Below are positions 1 through 8,597 of a stretch of 64,000 bases of DNA, piece after piece. The position numbers and the translations under genes are program-made. The notes beneath the pieces are model-generated. The model saw only the letters and a list, made by a program, of their open reading frames with translations, did no database searches and was not told the origin of the DNA. The DNA comes from an uncultured Gemmatimonadales bacterium (GTDB lineage Bacteria; Gemmatimonadota; Gemmatimonadetes; Gemmatimonadales; JACORV01). How positions within the stretch are numbered: position 1 is the first letter of the stretch; each line of letters begins with the position of its first letter. Where the stretch lies: assembly GCA_963835535.1 (NCBI GenBank), contig CAWIFL010000002.1, positions 582,405 to 646,404 of the forward strand, written 5' to 3'.

Positions 1-556
1 CCCCCTGCACCCGCGCCCCGATCAGCACGAGCTCCACGTGCGGCCAGCGCCGGGCGACCACCGCGACGATGTCGTGCCAGACCGCGCCCTCCGGACTCGT
101 GATCACCCCGATCACCTGCGGGAAGGCGGGAAGACGCCGCTTCCGCGCCGGATCGAGGAGCCCGTCCTTCTCCAGTGCCGCCCGGGCGCGGGCCAGGGCG
201 ATGGCGAAGAAGCCGCCCTGGGTGGTGGCCAGCAGCTCGCGCACCACGAGCTGCAGCTGGCCGCGCTTGGGATCCACCGACAGCTCGCCGCGCGCGAAGA
301 CCTTGAGGCCGTCCTCCGGCGTCGCGGGCACGCGCCGCGCGTCGCTGCGCCACATGACGCAGCGCAGCTGCGCCGACGGGTCCTTCAGCGAGAAGTACCA
401 GTGGCCCGACGGATACGTCTTGAAGTTCGAGATCTCCCCTTCGACCCAGAGCGGCGGCAGGGCGTGCTCGACCACGCGCCGCGCGGCCTCCACCGCCTCG
501 AGGACCGTGTACGGCCGCTCACGCGGCGCCTCGTCCAGCGGGAGGGGGAGCGTCAC
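1..556 (-). CDS. xseA: exodeoxyribonuclease VII large subunit, N-terminal part (gene runs off the left edge)
   Basis: Not in the ORF track because it is truncated. My reverse-strand translation from GTG at 556 reads VTLPLPLDEAPRERPYTVLEAVEAARRVVEHALPPLWVEGEISNFKTYPSGHWYFSLKDPSAQLRCVMWRSDARR..., the OB-fold N-terminus typical of XseA. It overlaps the folD stop as GTGA. The plus-strand ORFs 38..694 and 69..638 are its antisense shadows. Confidence 0.8.
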   Translation of the reverse strand, partial: MTLPLPLDEAPRERPYTVLEAVEAARRVVEHALPPLWVEGEISNFKTYPSGHWYFSLKDPSAQLRCVMWRSDARRVPATPEDGLKVFARGELSVDPKRGQLQLVVRELLATTQGGFFAIALARARAALEKDGLLDPARKRRLPAFPQVIGVITSPEGAVWHDIVAVVARRWPHVELVLIGARVQG

Positions 557-1434
557 GCGGACTGGCGCGCCGCCTGGACCGTGTTGCGCATCAGCAGGGC
601 GATGGTCATCGGCCCGACCCCGCCGGGCACCGGCGTGATCTTGCTCGCGACCTCCTTCGCCTCGGAGAACTTCACGTCCCCGACCAGGCGGTAGCCCTTT
701 TCCGCCTTCGGGTCCTCGACGCGGTTCACGCCGACGTCGATCACCACCGCGCCGGGACGGATCATGTCGCCGGTGACGACCTCGGGCCGCCCCGCCGCGA
801 CGATCAGGATTTCCCCCTGCCGGGTGATGCCCGCCAGGTCCCGCGTCCCGGTGTGCGCGACGGTGACCGTGGCGTTGGCGCCCTTCTCCTTCTGCATCAG
901 GATGTTGGCCACCGGCCGGCCGACGATGAGCGAGCGGCCCACGACGACCACGTGCTTGCCGCCCGGGTCCGCGCCGCTCCGGATCAGCAGCTCCTGGACC
1001 CCGGCCGGGGTGCACGGGCGGAAGCCCGTGTGGTCGCCGATCACCAGCTTGCCCACGTTCACGGGGTGGAAGCCGTCCACGTCCTTCTCCGGCATCATCC
1101 GCAGCAGGACCTTCGACGAGTCCATGTGCCCGGGGAGCGGGAGCTGGACCAGGATGCCGTGCACGGCCCGGTCCGCGTTCAGCCGGTCGAGGAGGGCGAG
1201 GAGCTCGCGCTCCGGCGTGTCGGCGGGCAGACGGATGGTGTCCGACTTCATCCCCAGCTCGTCGGCGGCCTTGCCCTTCATCCGCACGTAGACGTGGCTG
1301 GCGGGATCCTCGCCGACCAGCACGACCGTGAGGCCGGGAACGACGCCGCGCTTCCGCAGTTCGGCCACTTCGGCCTTCAGCTCCTCGCGGATCTGCTTGC
1401 CGATGGCCGTGCCATCGATGATGCTGGCGCTCAT
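553..1434 (-). CDS. folD: bifunctional methylenetetrahydrofolate dehydrogenase/cyclohydrolase
   Basis: ORF 553..1473 shows the FolD pattern throughout (VGEDPASHVYVRMKGK, GILVQLPLP, PCTPAGV, VVVGRSLIVGRPVA, TPVPGGVGPMT). I chose ATG at 1434 (MSASIIDG) over the upstream TTG at 1473. Confidence 0.95.
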   Translation of the reverse strand: MSASIIDGTAIGKQIREELKAEVAELRKRGVVPGLTVVLVGEDPASHVYVRMKGKAADELGMKSDTIRLPADTPERELLALLDRLNADRAVHGILVQLPLPGHMDSSKVLLRMMPEKDVDGFHPVNVGKLVIGDHTGFRPCTPAGVQELLIRSGADPGGKHVVVVGRSLIVGRPVANILMQKEKGANATVTVAHTGTRDLAGITRQGEILIVAAGRPEVVTGDMIRPGAVVIDVGVNRVEDPKAEKGYRLVGDVKFSEAKEVASKITPVPGGVGPMTIALLMRNTVQAARQSA

Positions 1435-1451
1435 TGGTCCTCGTCCCAAAG

Positions 1452-1613
1452 GCGTGAGAAGTGAGAAGAACAAGTGAGACGTGAGAGGGTGAACGGCGTG
1501 AGAGGTGAGCCGGGAAAGGCGTGAGACGGGACGTTCCCTCTCACGCAGGTCGCCCTCTCACTTCTCACGCAGTAGCCCTCTCACCTCTCACCGGTTCGTC
1601 TCACCTCTCACGC
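1452..1613. repeat. 162-nt modular inverted repeat: four direct copies of GCGTGAGAnGTGAGA followed by four inverted copies (TCTCACnTCTCACGC)
   Basis: Read directly from the rny-folD spacer. Hand pairing of arm modules gives 14/15, 15/16 and 13/14 matches. The inner stem is 12 bp with one bulge (1519-1531 against 1535-1546). Confidence 0.85.
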
Positions 1614-1616
1614 ATT

Positions 1617-3203
1617 TCACTTGGCAAACTCCACCGCCCTCGTCTCCCGGATCACGACCACCCGGATCTGCCCGGGATACTGCAACTCGCCCTCGATCTT
1701 GCGCGCGATCTCCTCGGCCAGCGCGTTCGCGCGGTCATCGTCCACGACGTCCGGCGTCACCATGATGCGGATCTCGCGGCCGGCCTGGATCGCGAAGACC
1801 TTCTCGACGCCCTGGAAGCCCGACGCGATCTCCTCGAGCTTGGTGAGCCGCTTCACGTAGCTCTCGAACGCCTCGCGGCGCGCGCCGGGCCGGGAGCCCG
1901 AGACCGCGTCGGCGGCCTGCACGATCACCGAGATCGGCGTCTCGTGCGGCACGTCGTCGTGGTGCGCGGCGATGCAGTTGATCACCACCGGCGGCTCGCC
2001 GTACTTGGTCGCCACCTCGACGCCGAGCTGGACGTGCGTGCCCTCGCTCTCGTGCGTGAGCACCTTGCCGATGTCGTGGAGCAGCGCGCCGCGCTTCGCG
2101 AGCGCCACGTCGAGCTTCAGCTCGGCGGCCATGATCCCGGCCAGCCAGGCCACCTCCTTCGAGTGCTTCAGCATGTTCTGGCCGTACGAGGTCCGGAACC
2201 GCATCCGCCCGACCAGCTTGATCATCTCGGGGTGCAGGCCGTGGATGCCGACCTCGTACGCCGCCTGCTCGCCGGCCTCCTGGATCTGCTGGTCCACGTC
2301 GGCCTGGGCCTTCTTGACGACGTCCTCGATCCGCCCGGGATGGATGCGGCCGTCGCTGATCAGCCGTTCCAGGGCGAGGCGCGCCACCTCGCGGCGCACC
2401 GGATCGAAGCACGAGACGATCACGGTGTCGGGCGTGTCGTCGATGACCACGTCCACGCCGGTCGCGGTCTCGAACGCGCGGATGTTGCGGCCCTCGCGCC
2501 CGATGATCCGCCCCTTCATCTCGTCGTTGGGCAGGGTGACCGTCGCGACCGTGCTCTCGGCGGTGTGGTCGGCCGCGATGCGCTGGATGGCGAGGGCCAC
2601 GATCTTCTTCCCCTCGCGATCGGCGTCGCGCTTCGCCTGCTCCCGCAGGTTCCGCACGAGCGCGGCGGCCTCGGACCTGGCCTCCTCCTCGATCGAGCGG
2701 ACCAGCTCCTTCTTGGCGTCCGCCGCCGACAGCCCCGCGACCGCCTCGAGCCGGCGCTTCCGGTCGGCGATCAGCGTCTGCAGCTCCGCGTCCCGCGCCT
2801 GGACCCGCTGCTCGGACTTGCCCAGCTCTCCGATCCTCGTCTCGAGCTCCCTGTCCCGCCGGTCCAGGACCTGGAGCTTCTTCTCGAGCCCGTCCTCCCG
2901 CTCCTCGAGGCGCCGCTCGATGCGGTCGATCTCCTCGCGCCGGCGGCCGACTTCGACCTCCCACGCCTCGCGGGCCTTCGCCAGCTCTTCCTTGCCGGAG
3001 AGGAGCAACGTGTTGCGGAAGGCCTCGGCGTTGGTCCGGGCGTCCGCGAGTATGCGTTCGGCGAGCGCCTCGGCGGTCGCCTTTGCGCGCACCGCCCTGC
3101 GCCGCTCCACCCAAACGCCGATGAAGAAGAAAGCGAGCCCCGCCCCCGTCCCCGTCGCCCCGATGGCCACGAGGAGGGCCGCAAAGCTGAAAGCCGTCGT
3201 CAT
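1617..3203 (-). CDS. rny: ribonuclease Y
   Basis: 528-aa ORF with an N-terminal TM helix, a long coiled coil, a KH motif ([15 protein letters not shown]) and an HD domain (LLHDIGK ... AAHHDD). Confidence 0.95.
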   Translation of the reverse strand: MTTAFSFAALLVAIGATGTGAGLAFFFIGVWVERRRAVRAKATAEALAERILADARTNAEAFRNTLLLSGKEELAKAREAWEVEVGRRREEIDRIERRLEEREDGLEKKLQVLDRRDRELETRIGELGKSEQRVQARDAELQTLIADRKRRLEAVAGLSAADAKKELVRSIEEEARSEAAALVRNLREQAKRDADREGKKIVALAIQRIAADHTAESTVATVTLPNDEMKGRIIGREGRNIRAFETATGVDVVIDDTPDTVIVSCFDPVRREVARLALERLISDGRIHPGRIEDVVKKAQADVDQQIQEAGEQAAYEVGIHGLHPEMIKLVGRMRFRTSYGQNMLKHSKEVAWLAGIMAAELKLDVALAKRGALLHDIGKVLTHESEGTHVQLGVEVATKYGEPPVVINCIAAHHDDVPHETPISVIVQAADAVSGSRPGARREAFESYVKRLTKLEEIASGFQGVEKVFAIQAGREIRIMVTPDVVDDDRANALAEEIARKIEGELQYPGQIRVVVIRETRAVEFAK

Positions 3204-3301
3204 ATGACCACTCCGGCGGTCGCCCGCCTCGAGTGATGCCGGATATCAGAGTTCGTGAACTGCGCCGCTAAGTTACGACCGGAGGGAGCCCGGGGACAAG
3301 T

Positions 3302-3601
3302 TCAGGCGCCGACGCTCTGCCGCTTCTGCGGCGGGAGGAGCCGGGCCAGCTCGCCGGAAAGCTGCTTCAGACGGTGGGCCAAATCCTGCTGCTGCCGGCG
3401 GGATTGGAACAGCTCGTCCGTGATCGCCAGGGCGGCGAGGATCGCCGCCTTGTGGGTTTCCACCAGCGGGCCGGAAGCGAGCACGCGGCGGATGGCGGTG
3501 TCCACGTGCGCGGCGACCTGGCGCGTGTAGTCGGGGTCCAGCTCCGACCTCACCGTGTACTCCTCGTCCACGATGACGACTTTCACGGCGTTCTTCTTCA
3601 C
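3302..3601 (-). CDS. zapA: cell division protein ZapA
   Basis: C-terminal 100 aa of ORF 3302..3823, starting at GTG 3601 (VKKNAVKVVIVDEEYTVRSELDPDY...LAALAITDELF). GTGA overlap with the upstream ORF stop. Usual position downstream of pheT. Confidence 0.85.
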   Translation of the reverse strand: MKKNAVKVVIVDEEYTVRSELDPDYTRQVAAHVDTAIRRVLASGPLVETHKAAILAALAITDELFQSRRQQQDLAHRLKQLSGELARLLPPQKRQSVGA

Positions 3602-3909
3602 TTCCCCGCCTCGCTTCCCTGGTCGGCGGTGATGGGCGCCTGCTGCTCGAGGAAGTCGAGCCGCCCGACGAGCTCCGTGACCCTGAGGCGCGCCGCCTCG
3701 AGCCGCTGCTCGAGCAGACGGTTGGTCTCTTCGAGCTCCCGCAGCCGACTCGGTCCTTCCCCGCCCGACGCGCGCGAGTGATCGGAAACGCGAGCCTCGG
3801 CCGTCAGCGCCCGGCGCCGCCACGCGGCGAGCTCCTCGGCGAGGTGCCGCAGCACCTCCTCGAGCTCGCGCAGCGCGTCGAGATCAGGCCTCTCGCCTGC
3901 GGACCCCAT
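3598..3909 (-). CDS. small coiled-coil protein (ZapB-like / cell-division associated, hypothetical)
   Basis: ATG at 3909 gives 103 aa (MGSAGERPDLDALRELEEVLRHLAEELAAWRRR...LEQRLEAARLRVTELVGRLDFLEQQ) with heptad-like, Leu/Glu/Arg-rich sequence. It sits between pheT and zapA and overlaps the pheT end by 26 nt. Confidence 0.55.
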   Translation of the reverse strand: MGSAGERPDLDALRELEEVLRHLAEELAAWRRRALTAEARVSDHSRASGGEGPSRLRELEETNRLLEQRLEAARLRVTELVGRLDFLEQQAPITADQGSEAGK

Positions 3910-6247
3910 GTCGCCTTTCCACCTCCGCCAGCGCCCGAGTGAGCGCGGCCTCCACTTCCTTGTCGCGCAGCGTGCGGTCGGCGGCCCGGAACACCAGGCG
4001 CCACGCCACGCTGCGCTGCCCCGCGGCCAGGGGCGCCCCCCGGTACTCGTCGAACGGCCGGAGGGACTCCAGCAGCGCGCCGGCCCCGGCCCTGAGCGAC
4101 GCCTCCACTTCGGCCGCCGCCAGAGCGTCCGGGAGCACCAGCGCCACGTCCTGCTCGACCGCCGGCCACGCCGGCAGCGGGCGGATCCTGAGCGGCTCCC
4201 GCGCCGAGGTGCCCAGCGCCAGCTCGAAGCCGAACACCCTCGCGCCCCAGGCGGGCCGGTCGGCGGACAACTCCCCCGCCCAGCCAACCTGCTGGCCGGC
4301 GGCGTCTTTCGCAACGAGGTGGTCCCCTTGGGCCGCGATCCGTGCGTCGGGCCGGCCCTGCGCCACCGCGGCGTCGAGCAGGGTCTTGGCGTCGAACAGG
4401 TCCGCGTCCGGCGGCTTCGGCTCACTCCAGTGCGAGGGCCGCTGCGCGCCCGAGACGACACCGGCGACGTGCGGCTCCTCGCGCGGAAGCTGCTCGGCGC
4501 TCCTGTGAAATACGTGCCCGATCTCGAAGAGGCGGACGTCGCGCTGCTGCATCCGCCAGTTGTGCTCCACGCGGCGCACCAGAGCCGGCAGGAGCGCGGG
4601 CCGGAGGAACGCCTCCTCCTGGCTCAGCGGGTTTTGAATCTCGACGCAGCTGTCGTCCGCGCACGGGCCCAGGGGCACCGTCAGCGCCTCGTGCAGCCCG
4701 AGGGCGGTCAGGCTCCGCCGCAGCCGCCCCGCCTGCTGCTCGGACGGCGCGTCGGGCACGATGCCGAGGCGCTGCGGCCGAAGCTCGTCGGGGAACCGGT
4801 CGTACCCGACGATGCGGGCCACCTCCTCGATCAGGTCCACTTCCCGGGTGAGGTCGGGCCGGCCGCCGGGCACCTGGACCGCGAGCCGGTCCCCCTTGGG
4901 GCTCACCACGCACCCGAGCGCGGTGAGCACGCGCTCGATCTCGGTGCGGGGGATCTCCACGCCGAGCAGGTGGCCGACGCGCGCGTCCCGGAGGAAGATC
5001 GTGGTCGGCGGCGCGGGCGAGGGATAGACGTCCACCGGCGTGCCGTCCACCGCCCCGCCGGCCACGGCGACGATCAGCTCGAGCGCCCGCGCCAGGTTGG
5101 CGGGCAGCGCGCCCAGGTCCATCCCGCGCTCGAAGCGGTAGCTCGCCTCGGTGGACATCCCGAGCGCGCGGCGCGTGGCGCGGATGCGCCTGGGATCGAA
5201 ATACGCCGCCTCGAGGACGATGTCGGTCGTGCCGGCGGACACTTCGCTGGCCGCGCCGCCCATGACCCCGCCGACGCCCTGCGCCTCCTTCGCGTCGGCG
5301 ATCACGGTCATCGCCGGCGTGAGCGTGCGCCGGATGCCATCCAGCGTGGTGAGCAGCTCGCCGGCTCGGGCCCTCCGCGCGACCAGCGCCGGCCCCGCGA
5401 GCTTCGCGAGGTCGTAGGCGTGCATCGGCTGGCCCACCTCGAGCAGGATGTAATTGGTCGCGTCCACGACGTTGTTGATCGACCTGGAGCCGGCGGCCTC
5501 GAGCCGCATCCTGAGCCACGGCGGCGAGGGCGCGATCCTGACGCCGCGCACCACGGCGGCGGTGAAGCGCGAGCAGCCCTCCGCATCCTCGATCGTCACG
5601 CGCACGCCCGCCGTCTCGCCGGAGGCGCCGCCGGCGCGTGCGGCGCGCGGCGCGCGGGGCGCGGCGGCCTCGAGGAACGCCGGCAGCCGGACGGGCTTGG
5701 CGAGCGAGGCGCCGAGGTCCCGCGCCAGCCCGGCGTGGGAGAGCAGGTCGGGCCGGTTGGGGGTGACGTCGATCTCGAAGCGGGTGTCGGCGATCGGCAG
5801 CACCTGGAGCAGCGGGGTGCCCGGGGCCGCATCCGTCTCCAGCTCGAGGATGCCCTCGTGGTCCTCGCCGAGGCGCAGCTCGCGCGCCGAGCAGAGCATG
5901 CCCTCGCTGTACTCGCCGCGGATCTTCCGCCGTTCGAGCACGACGCCGCCGGGCAGCGTGGTGCCGACCGCGGCGAAGGGGTAGCGCTTGCCCGCCACGA
6001 CGTTCGTCGCGCCGCAGACGACCGAGAGCACCGGCCCGCCCGCGTTCACCTTGCAGAGCGAGAGCCGGTCCGCGTTCGGGTGGCGCGCCACCTCGAGCAC
6101 CTCGGCGACGACCACCTGCGCCAGGTCCTGGTGCAGCGGCTCGGCGCCCTCGACCAGCGCGCCCAGCATCGTCAGGCGCGCGCGCGTCTCGCCCGGCTCG
6201 AGCGGGGTGCCGAGCAGGTCGGAGAGCCAGCGCAGCGACGCCTTCAC
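3884..6247 (-). CDS. pheT: phenylalanine--tRNA ligase beta subunit
   Basis: ORF 3884..6697 trimmed to GTG 6247 (VKASLRWLSDLLG), which overlaps the pheS stop as GTGA. The translation upstream of that point is low-complexity Arg/Gly/Pro. The remainder is typical PheT (tRNA-binding, B3_4, B5 and FDX-ACB regions). Confidence 0.95.
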   Translation of the reverse strand: MKASLRWLSDLLGTPLEPGETRARLTMLGALVEGAEPLHQDLAQVVVAEVLEVARHPNADRLSLCKVNAGGPVLSVVCGATNVVAGKRYPFAAVGTTLPGGVVLERRKIRGEYSEGMLCSARELRLGEDHEGILELETDAAPGTPLLQVLPIADTRFEIDVTPNRPDLLSHAGLARDLGASLAKPVRLPAFLEAAAPRAPRAARAGGASGETAGVRVTIEDAEGCSRFTAAVVRGVRIAPSPPWLRMRLEAAGSRSINNVVDATNYILLEVGQPMHAYDLAKLAGPALVARRARAGELLTTLDGIRRTLTPAMTVIADAKEAQGVGGVMGGAASEVSAGTTDIVLEAAYFDPRRIRATRRALGMSTEASYRFERGMDLGALPANLARALELIVAVAGGAVDGTPVDVYPSPAPPTTIFLRDARVGHLLGVEIPRTEIERVLTALGCVVSPKGDRLAVQVPGGRPDLTREVDLIEEVARIVGYDRFPDELRPQRLGIVPDAPSEQQAGRLRRSLTALGLHEALTVPLGPCADDSCVEIQNPLSQEEAFLRPALLPALVRRVEHNWRMQQRDVRLFEIGHVFHRSAEQLPREEPHVAGVVSGAQRPSHWSEPKPPDADLFDAKTLLDAAVAQGRPDARIAAQGDHLVAKDAAGQQVGWAGELSADRPAWGARVFGFELALGTSAREPLRIRPLPAWPAVEQDVALVLPDALAAAEVEASLRAGAGALLESLRPFDEYRGAPLAAGQRSVAWRLVFRAADRTLRDKEVEAALTRALAEVERRHGVRRREA

Positions 6248-7284
6248 GTGGCGTCCACGAACTGGGCGTGGAACCGCATGTCGGCCTCGAACAGCTGGCG
6301 GATGTCGTTGATGCCGTAGCGGTTCATCGCCGTCCGCTCGATCCCCATGCCGAACGCCCAGCCGGTGTAGCGCTCGCTGTCGATGCCGACCGCGTCGAAC
6401 ACCGCCGGGTCCACCATCCCGGCGCCGAGGATCTCCACCCAGCCGCTGCCCTTGCACACCGGACACCCGGAGCCGTGGCAGATCTGGCACTGCACGTCCA
6501 CCTCGGCCGACGGCTCGGTGAACGGGAAGAAGGACGGCCGGAAGCGCACCTTGACCGAGGGATCGAAGAAGCGGCGGATGAAGAAGGTGATCGCCGCCTT
6601 GAGGTCCACGAAGCTGATCCCCTCGTCCACCGCCAGCCCCTCGATCTGGGTGAAGACCGGGGCGTGCGAGGCGTCGAACGGGTCGCGGCGGTAGCACAGG
6701 CCGGGAATCACCACGCGGATCGGGGGCTGGTAGGCCTCCATCACGCGGATCTGCACCGGCGAGGTGTGGGTGCGCAGCAACGTCCCGCGCCCGAGGTAGA
6801 ACGTGTCGTGCTGGTCGAGCGCCGGATGCTCGGGCGGGAAGTTGAGAGCGGTGAAGTTGTTGCGCTCGGTCTCCGCCTCGGGGCCGACGGCGCGCGTGAA
6901 GCCGAGCTCGCGGAAGATCCCGCAGATCTCGTCGGTGACGGCGGTGACGGGATGGAGGGCGCCGCGCCAGATCGGCCGCGCGGGCATCGTGAGGTCGGCC
7001 GTCTGCGCCGGGGAAGCGGCGACGAGCGCGGCCTCGGCCGCGGCGAGGGCCGCCTCGATGGCCGCCTTCACCTCGTTGCCGGCCTGCCCCACGGGGCGGC
7101 GGGCCTCGTCCGGCAGCGACGGCAACTCCTTGAGGATGGCGGTCACACGCCCCGCCTTGCGGCCCAGGTAGTCGGTCTTGAGCCGTTGGAGCGCGTCGCC
7201 GTCGGATGCGGAGCGGATCTGCTCTTCCGCCTCCGCCTTCAGGCCGGCGAGCGCGGCGACGAGTTCCGCCGCCCGGTCGCTCAC
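6244..7284 (-). CDS. pheS: phenylalanine--tRNA ligase alpha subunit
   Basis: 346 aa with class II aaRS motifs (FRPSFFPFTEPSAEVDV, GAGMVDP, WAFGMGIER). Confidence 0.96.
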   Translation of the reverse strand: MSDRAAELVAALAGLKAEAEEQIRSASDGDALQRLKTDYLGRKAGRVTAILKELPSLPDEARRPVGQAGNEVKAAIEAALAAAEAALVAASPAQTADLTMPARPIWRGALHPVTAVTDEICGIFRELGFTRAVGPEAETERNNFTALNFPPEHPALDQHDTFYLGRGTLLRTHTSPVQIRVMEAYQPPIRVVIPGLCYRRDPFDASHAPVFTQIEGLAVDEGISFVDLKAAITFFIRRFFDPSVKVRFRPSFFPFTEPSAEVDVQCQICHGSGCPVCKGSGWVEILGAGMVDPAVFDAVGIDSERYTGWAFGMGIERTAMNRYGINDIRQLFEADMRFHAQFVDAT

Positions 7285-7287
7285 CGG

Positions 7288-7641
7288 TCAGGCCTTGGTC
7301 TTGGCCAGCTCCGTGAGCTTGGCGAACGCTTCGGGATCCCGGACCGCGATGTCCGCGAGCACCTTCCGGTTGATCTCGACGCCCGCCGCCTTCAGGCCGC
7401 TCATGAACCGGTTGTAGGACAGGTCATGCTCGCGGGCCGCCGCGTTGATGCGCAGGATCCAGAGCCGCCGGAACTGCCGCTTCTTCTGCTTGCGGTCCCG
7501 GTACGCATAGGCCCAGCCGCGCTCGACGGTCTCCTTGGCGGCCTTCCACAGCTTGCTGCGGCCGCCCCGGTTCCCGCGCGCCTCCTTCATGATCTTGTTC
7601 TTGCGCTTGAGGCGCACGACGTTGCTCTTGACGCGTGGCAT
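7288..7641 (-). CDS. rplT: 50S ribosomal protein L20
   Basis: 117 aa: [33 protein letters not shown]... Confidence 0.97.
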   Translation of the reverse strand: MPRVKSNVVRLKRKNKIMKEARGNRGGRSKLWKAAKETVERGWAYAYRDRKQKKRQFRRLWILRINAAAREHDLSYNRFMSGLKAAGVEINRKVLADIAVRDPEAFAKLTELAKTKA

Positions 7642-7650
7642 GGTCGCTCC

Positions 7651-7842
7651 CTACGAGGTCAGCAGAGTCTTGAGGCGCCGCTCGTCGGCGTGCGACGCGA
7701 TGGCCGCCTTGCGGAGGTGGCGCTTCCGCTTCGGGCTCTTCTTGGTCAGGATGTGGCTCTTGTAGGCTTTGCGCCGCCGCACCCGGCCCTTGCCGGTGAG
7801 CCGGAACCGCTTGGCGGCCGCCTTGTTCGTCTTCTTCTTCAC
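7651..7842 (-). CDS. rpmI: 50S ribosomal protein L35
   Basis: 63 aa: [35 protein letters not shown]... Confidence 0.95.
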   Translation of the reverse strand: MKKKTNKAAAKRFRLTGKGRVRRRKAYKSHILTKKSPKRKRHLRKAAIASHADERRLKTLLTS

Positions 7843-7882
7843 GGAATCTCCTGGTCTCCCACGGCCCGACGCGGCCGGTGGC

Positions 7883-8413
7883 TCACTTCGGCGTGAGCAG
7901 CATGGTCATGTTGCGGCCCTCGAGCTTCGCTTCCTGCTCCATCTTGGACACGTCGGCCAGGACCACGGCCACGCGATCCAGCACGTCCCGGCCCAGCTCG
8001 GGGTGCGCCATCTGCCGCCCCCGGAACATCATCGTCACCTTCACCTTGTTGCCTTCCTCGAGAAACTGCTTCGCGTGCCGGCACTTGAAGTCGAAGTCGT
8101 GCTCGTCGATCCCGGGCCGGAACTTGATCTCCTTCAGCTGGATCGAGTGCTGCTTCTTCTTCGCGGCACGCGCCGCCTTCGCCTGCTCGAACTTGAACTT
8201 CCCGTAGTCCATGATGCGGCACACCGGAGGCCGCGCCGTCGGAGCTACTTCGACGAGGTCGAGCCCGCGGGCATCCGCCGCGGCCAGGGCCTCTTCCACC
8301 GTCAGGATCCCGAGCTGGGCACCGTCCGGTGCGATCACGCGGACGGGGCTGATCCGGATCATTCGGTTCACACGTGTACGGTTCTTGTTGTCCGGCGTGG
8401 GCTTTTCGAGAAT
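7883..8413 (-). CDS. infC: translation initiation factor IF-3 (ATT start codon)
   Basis: IF-3 sequence ([33 protein letters not shown]...). An in-frame ATT at 8413-8411 is preceded by AGGAGG (8427-8422) with an 8-nt spacer. The TTG at 8482 used by the ORF track has no SD and lies inside a terminator-like hairpin. Confidence 0.88.
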   Translation of the reverse strand: MLEKPTPDNKNRTRVNRMIRISPVRVIAPDGAQLGILTVEEALAAADARGLDLVEVAPTARPPVCRIMDYGKFKFEQAKAARAAKKKQHSIQLKEIKFRPGIDEHDFDFKCRHAKQFLEEGNKVKVTMMFRGRQMAHPELGRDVLDRVAVVLADVSKMEQEAKLEGRNMTMLLTPK

Positions 8414-8446
8414 TGGGCGCGCCTCCTGTTCAGGGTTCACACCAGC

Positions 8447-8478
8447 AAAAGCGGACTCCAGAACCCTCCGGAGTCCGC
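8447..8478 (-). terminator. intrinsic-terminator-like hairpin plus U-tract in the infC leader (candidate attenuator)
   Basis: Minus strand reads GCGGACTCC-GGAGGGTTCT-GGAGTCCGC-TTTT: a 9-bp GC-rich stem and a 10-nt loop, then a T-tract. It ends 34 nt upstream of the infC ATT. Confidence 0.5.
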
Positions 8479-8597
8479 ACAAGCATCACGCCCGCCACAG
8501 TGCGGGGGCGACATCGTCGCGAGAACCCGAATCCGCCACCCCAAGGGGGTCGGAGGGTGAGGAGCCACCGGCTCCTGCTTGCACCTGCGCCCGGAAG

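Noticed and set aside
1452-1613. CRISPR array interpretation of the GTGAGA repeat region.
   Set aside because: The repeats are 15 nt and the spacers only about 7-9 nt. Half the copies are inverted, no cas genes are nearby, and the whole region is a dyad. None of this is CRISPR architecture.
1435-1616. 6S RNA (ssrS), suggested by its roughly 180-nt size, rod-like fold and proximity to zapA and a folate gene, as in E. coli zapA-ssrS-ygfA.
   Set aside because: I cannot identify the asymmetric central bubble or conserved 6S sequence features. The helices are built from one repeated module, which is atypical for 6S. I keep it only as something a cmsearch could test.
3204-3301. Promoter motifs upstream of rny (TTGTCC-17-GTAACT, TTAGCG-17-TGATAT).
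   Set aside because: The -10 matches are poor (3/6) and several alternative registers exist. This is not enough support to annotate.
7883-8482. The full 199-aa ORF (TTG 8482) as the infC coding region.
   Set aside because: The extra 23 codons run through the leader terminator hairpin and lack an SD. They are not IF-3-like, and ATT 8413 has AGGAGG at ideal spacing.
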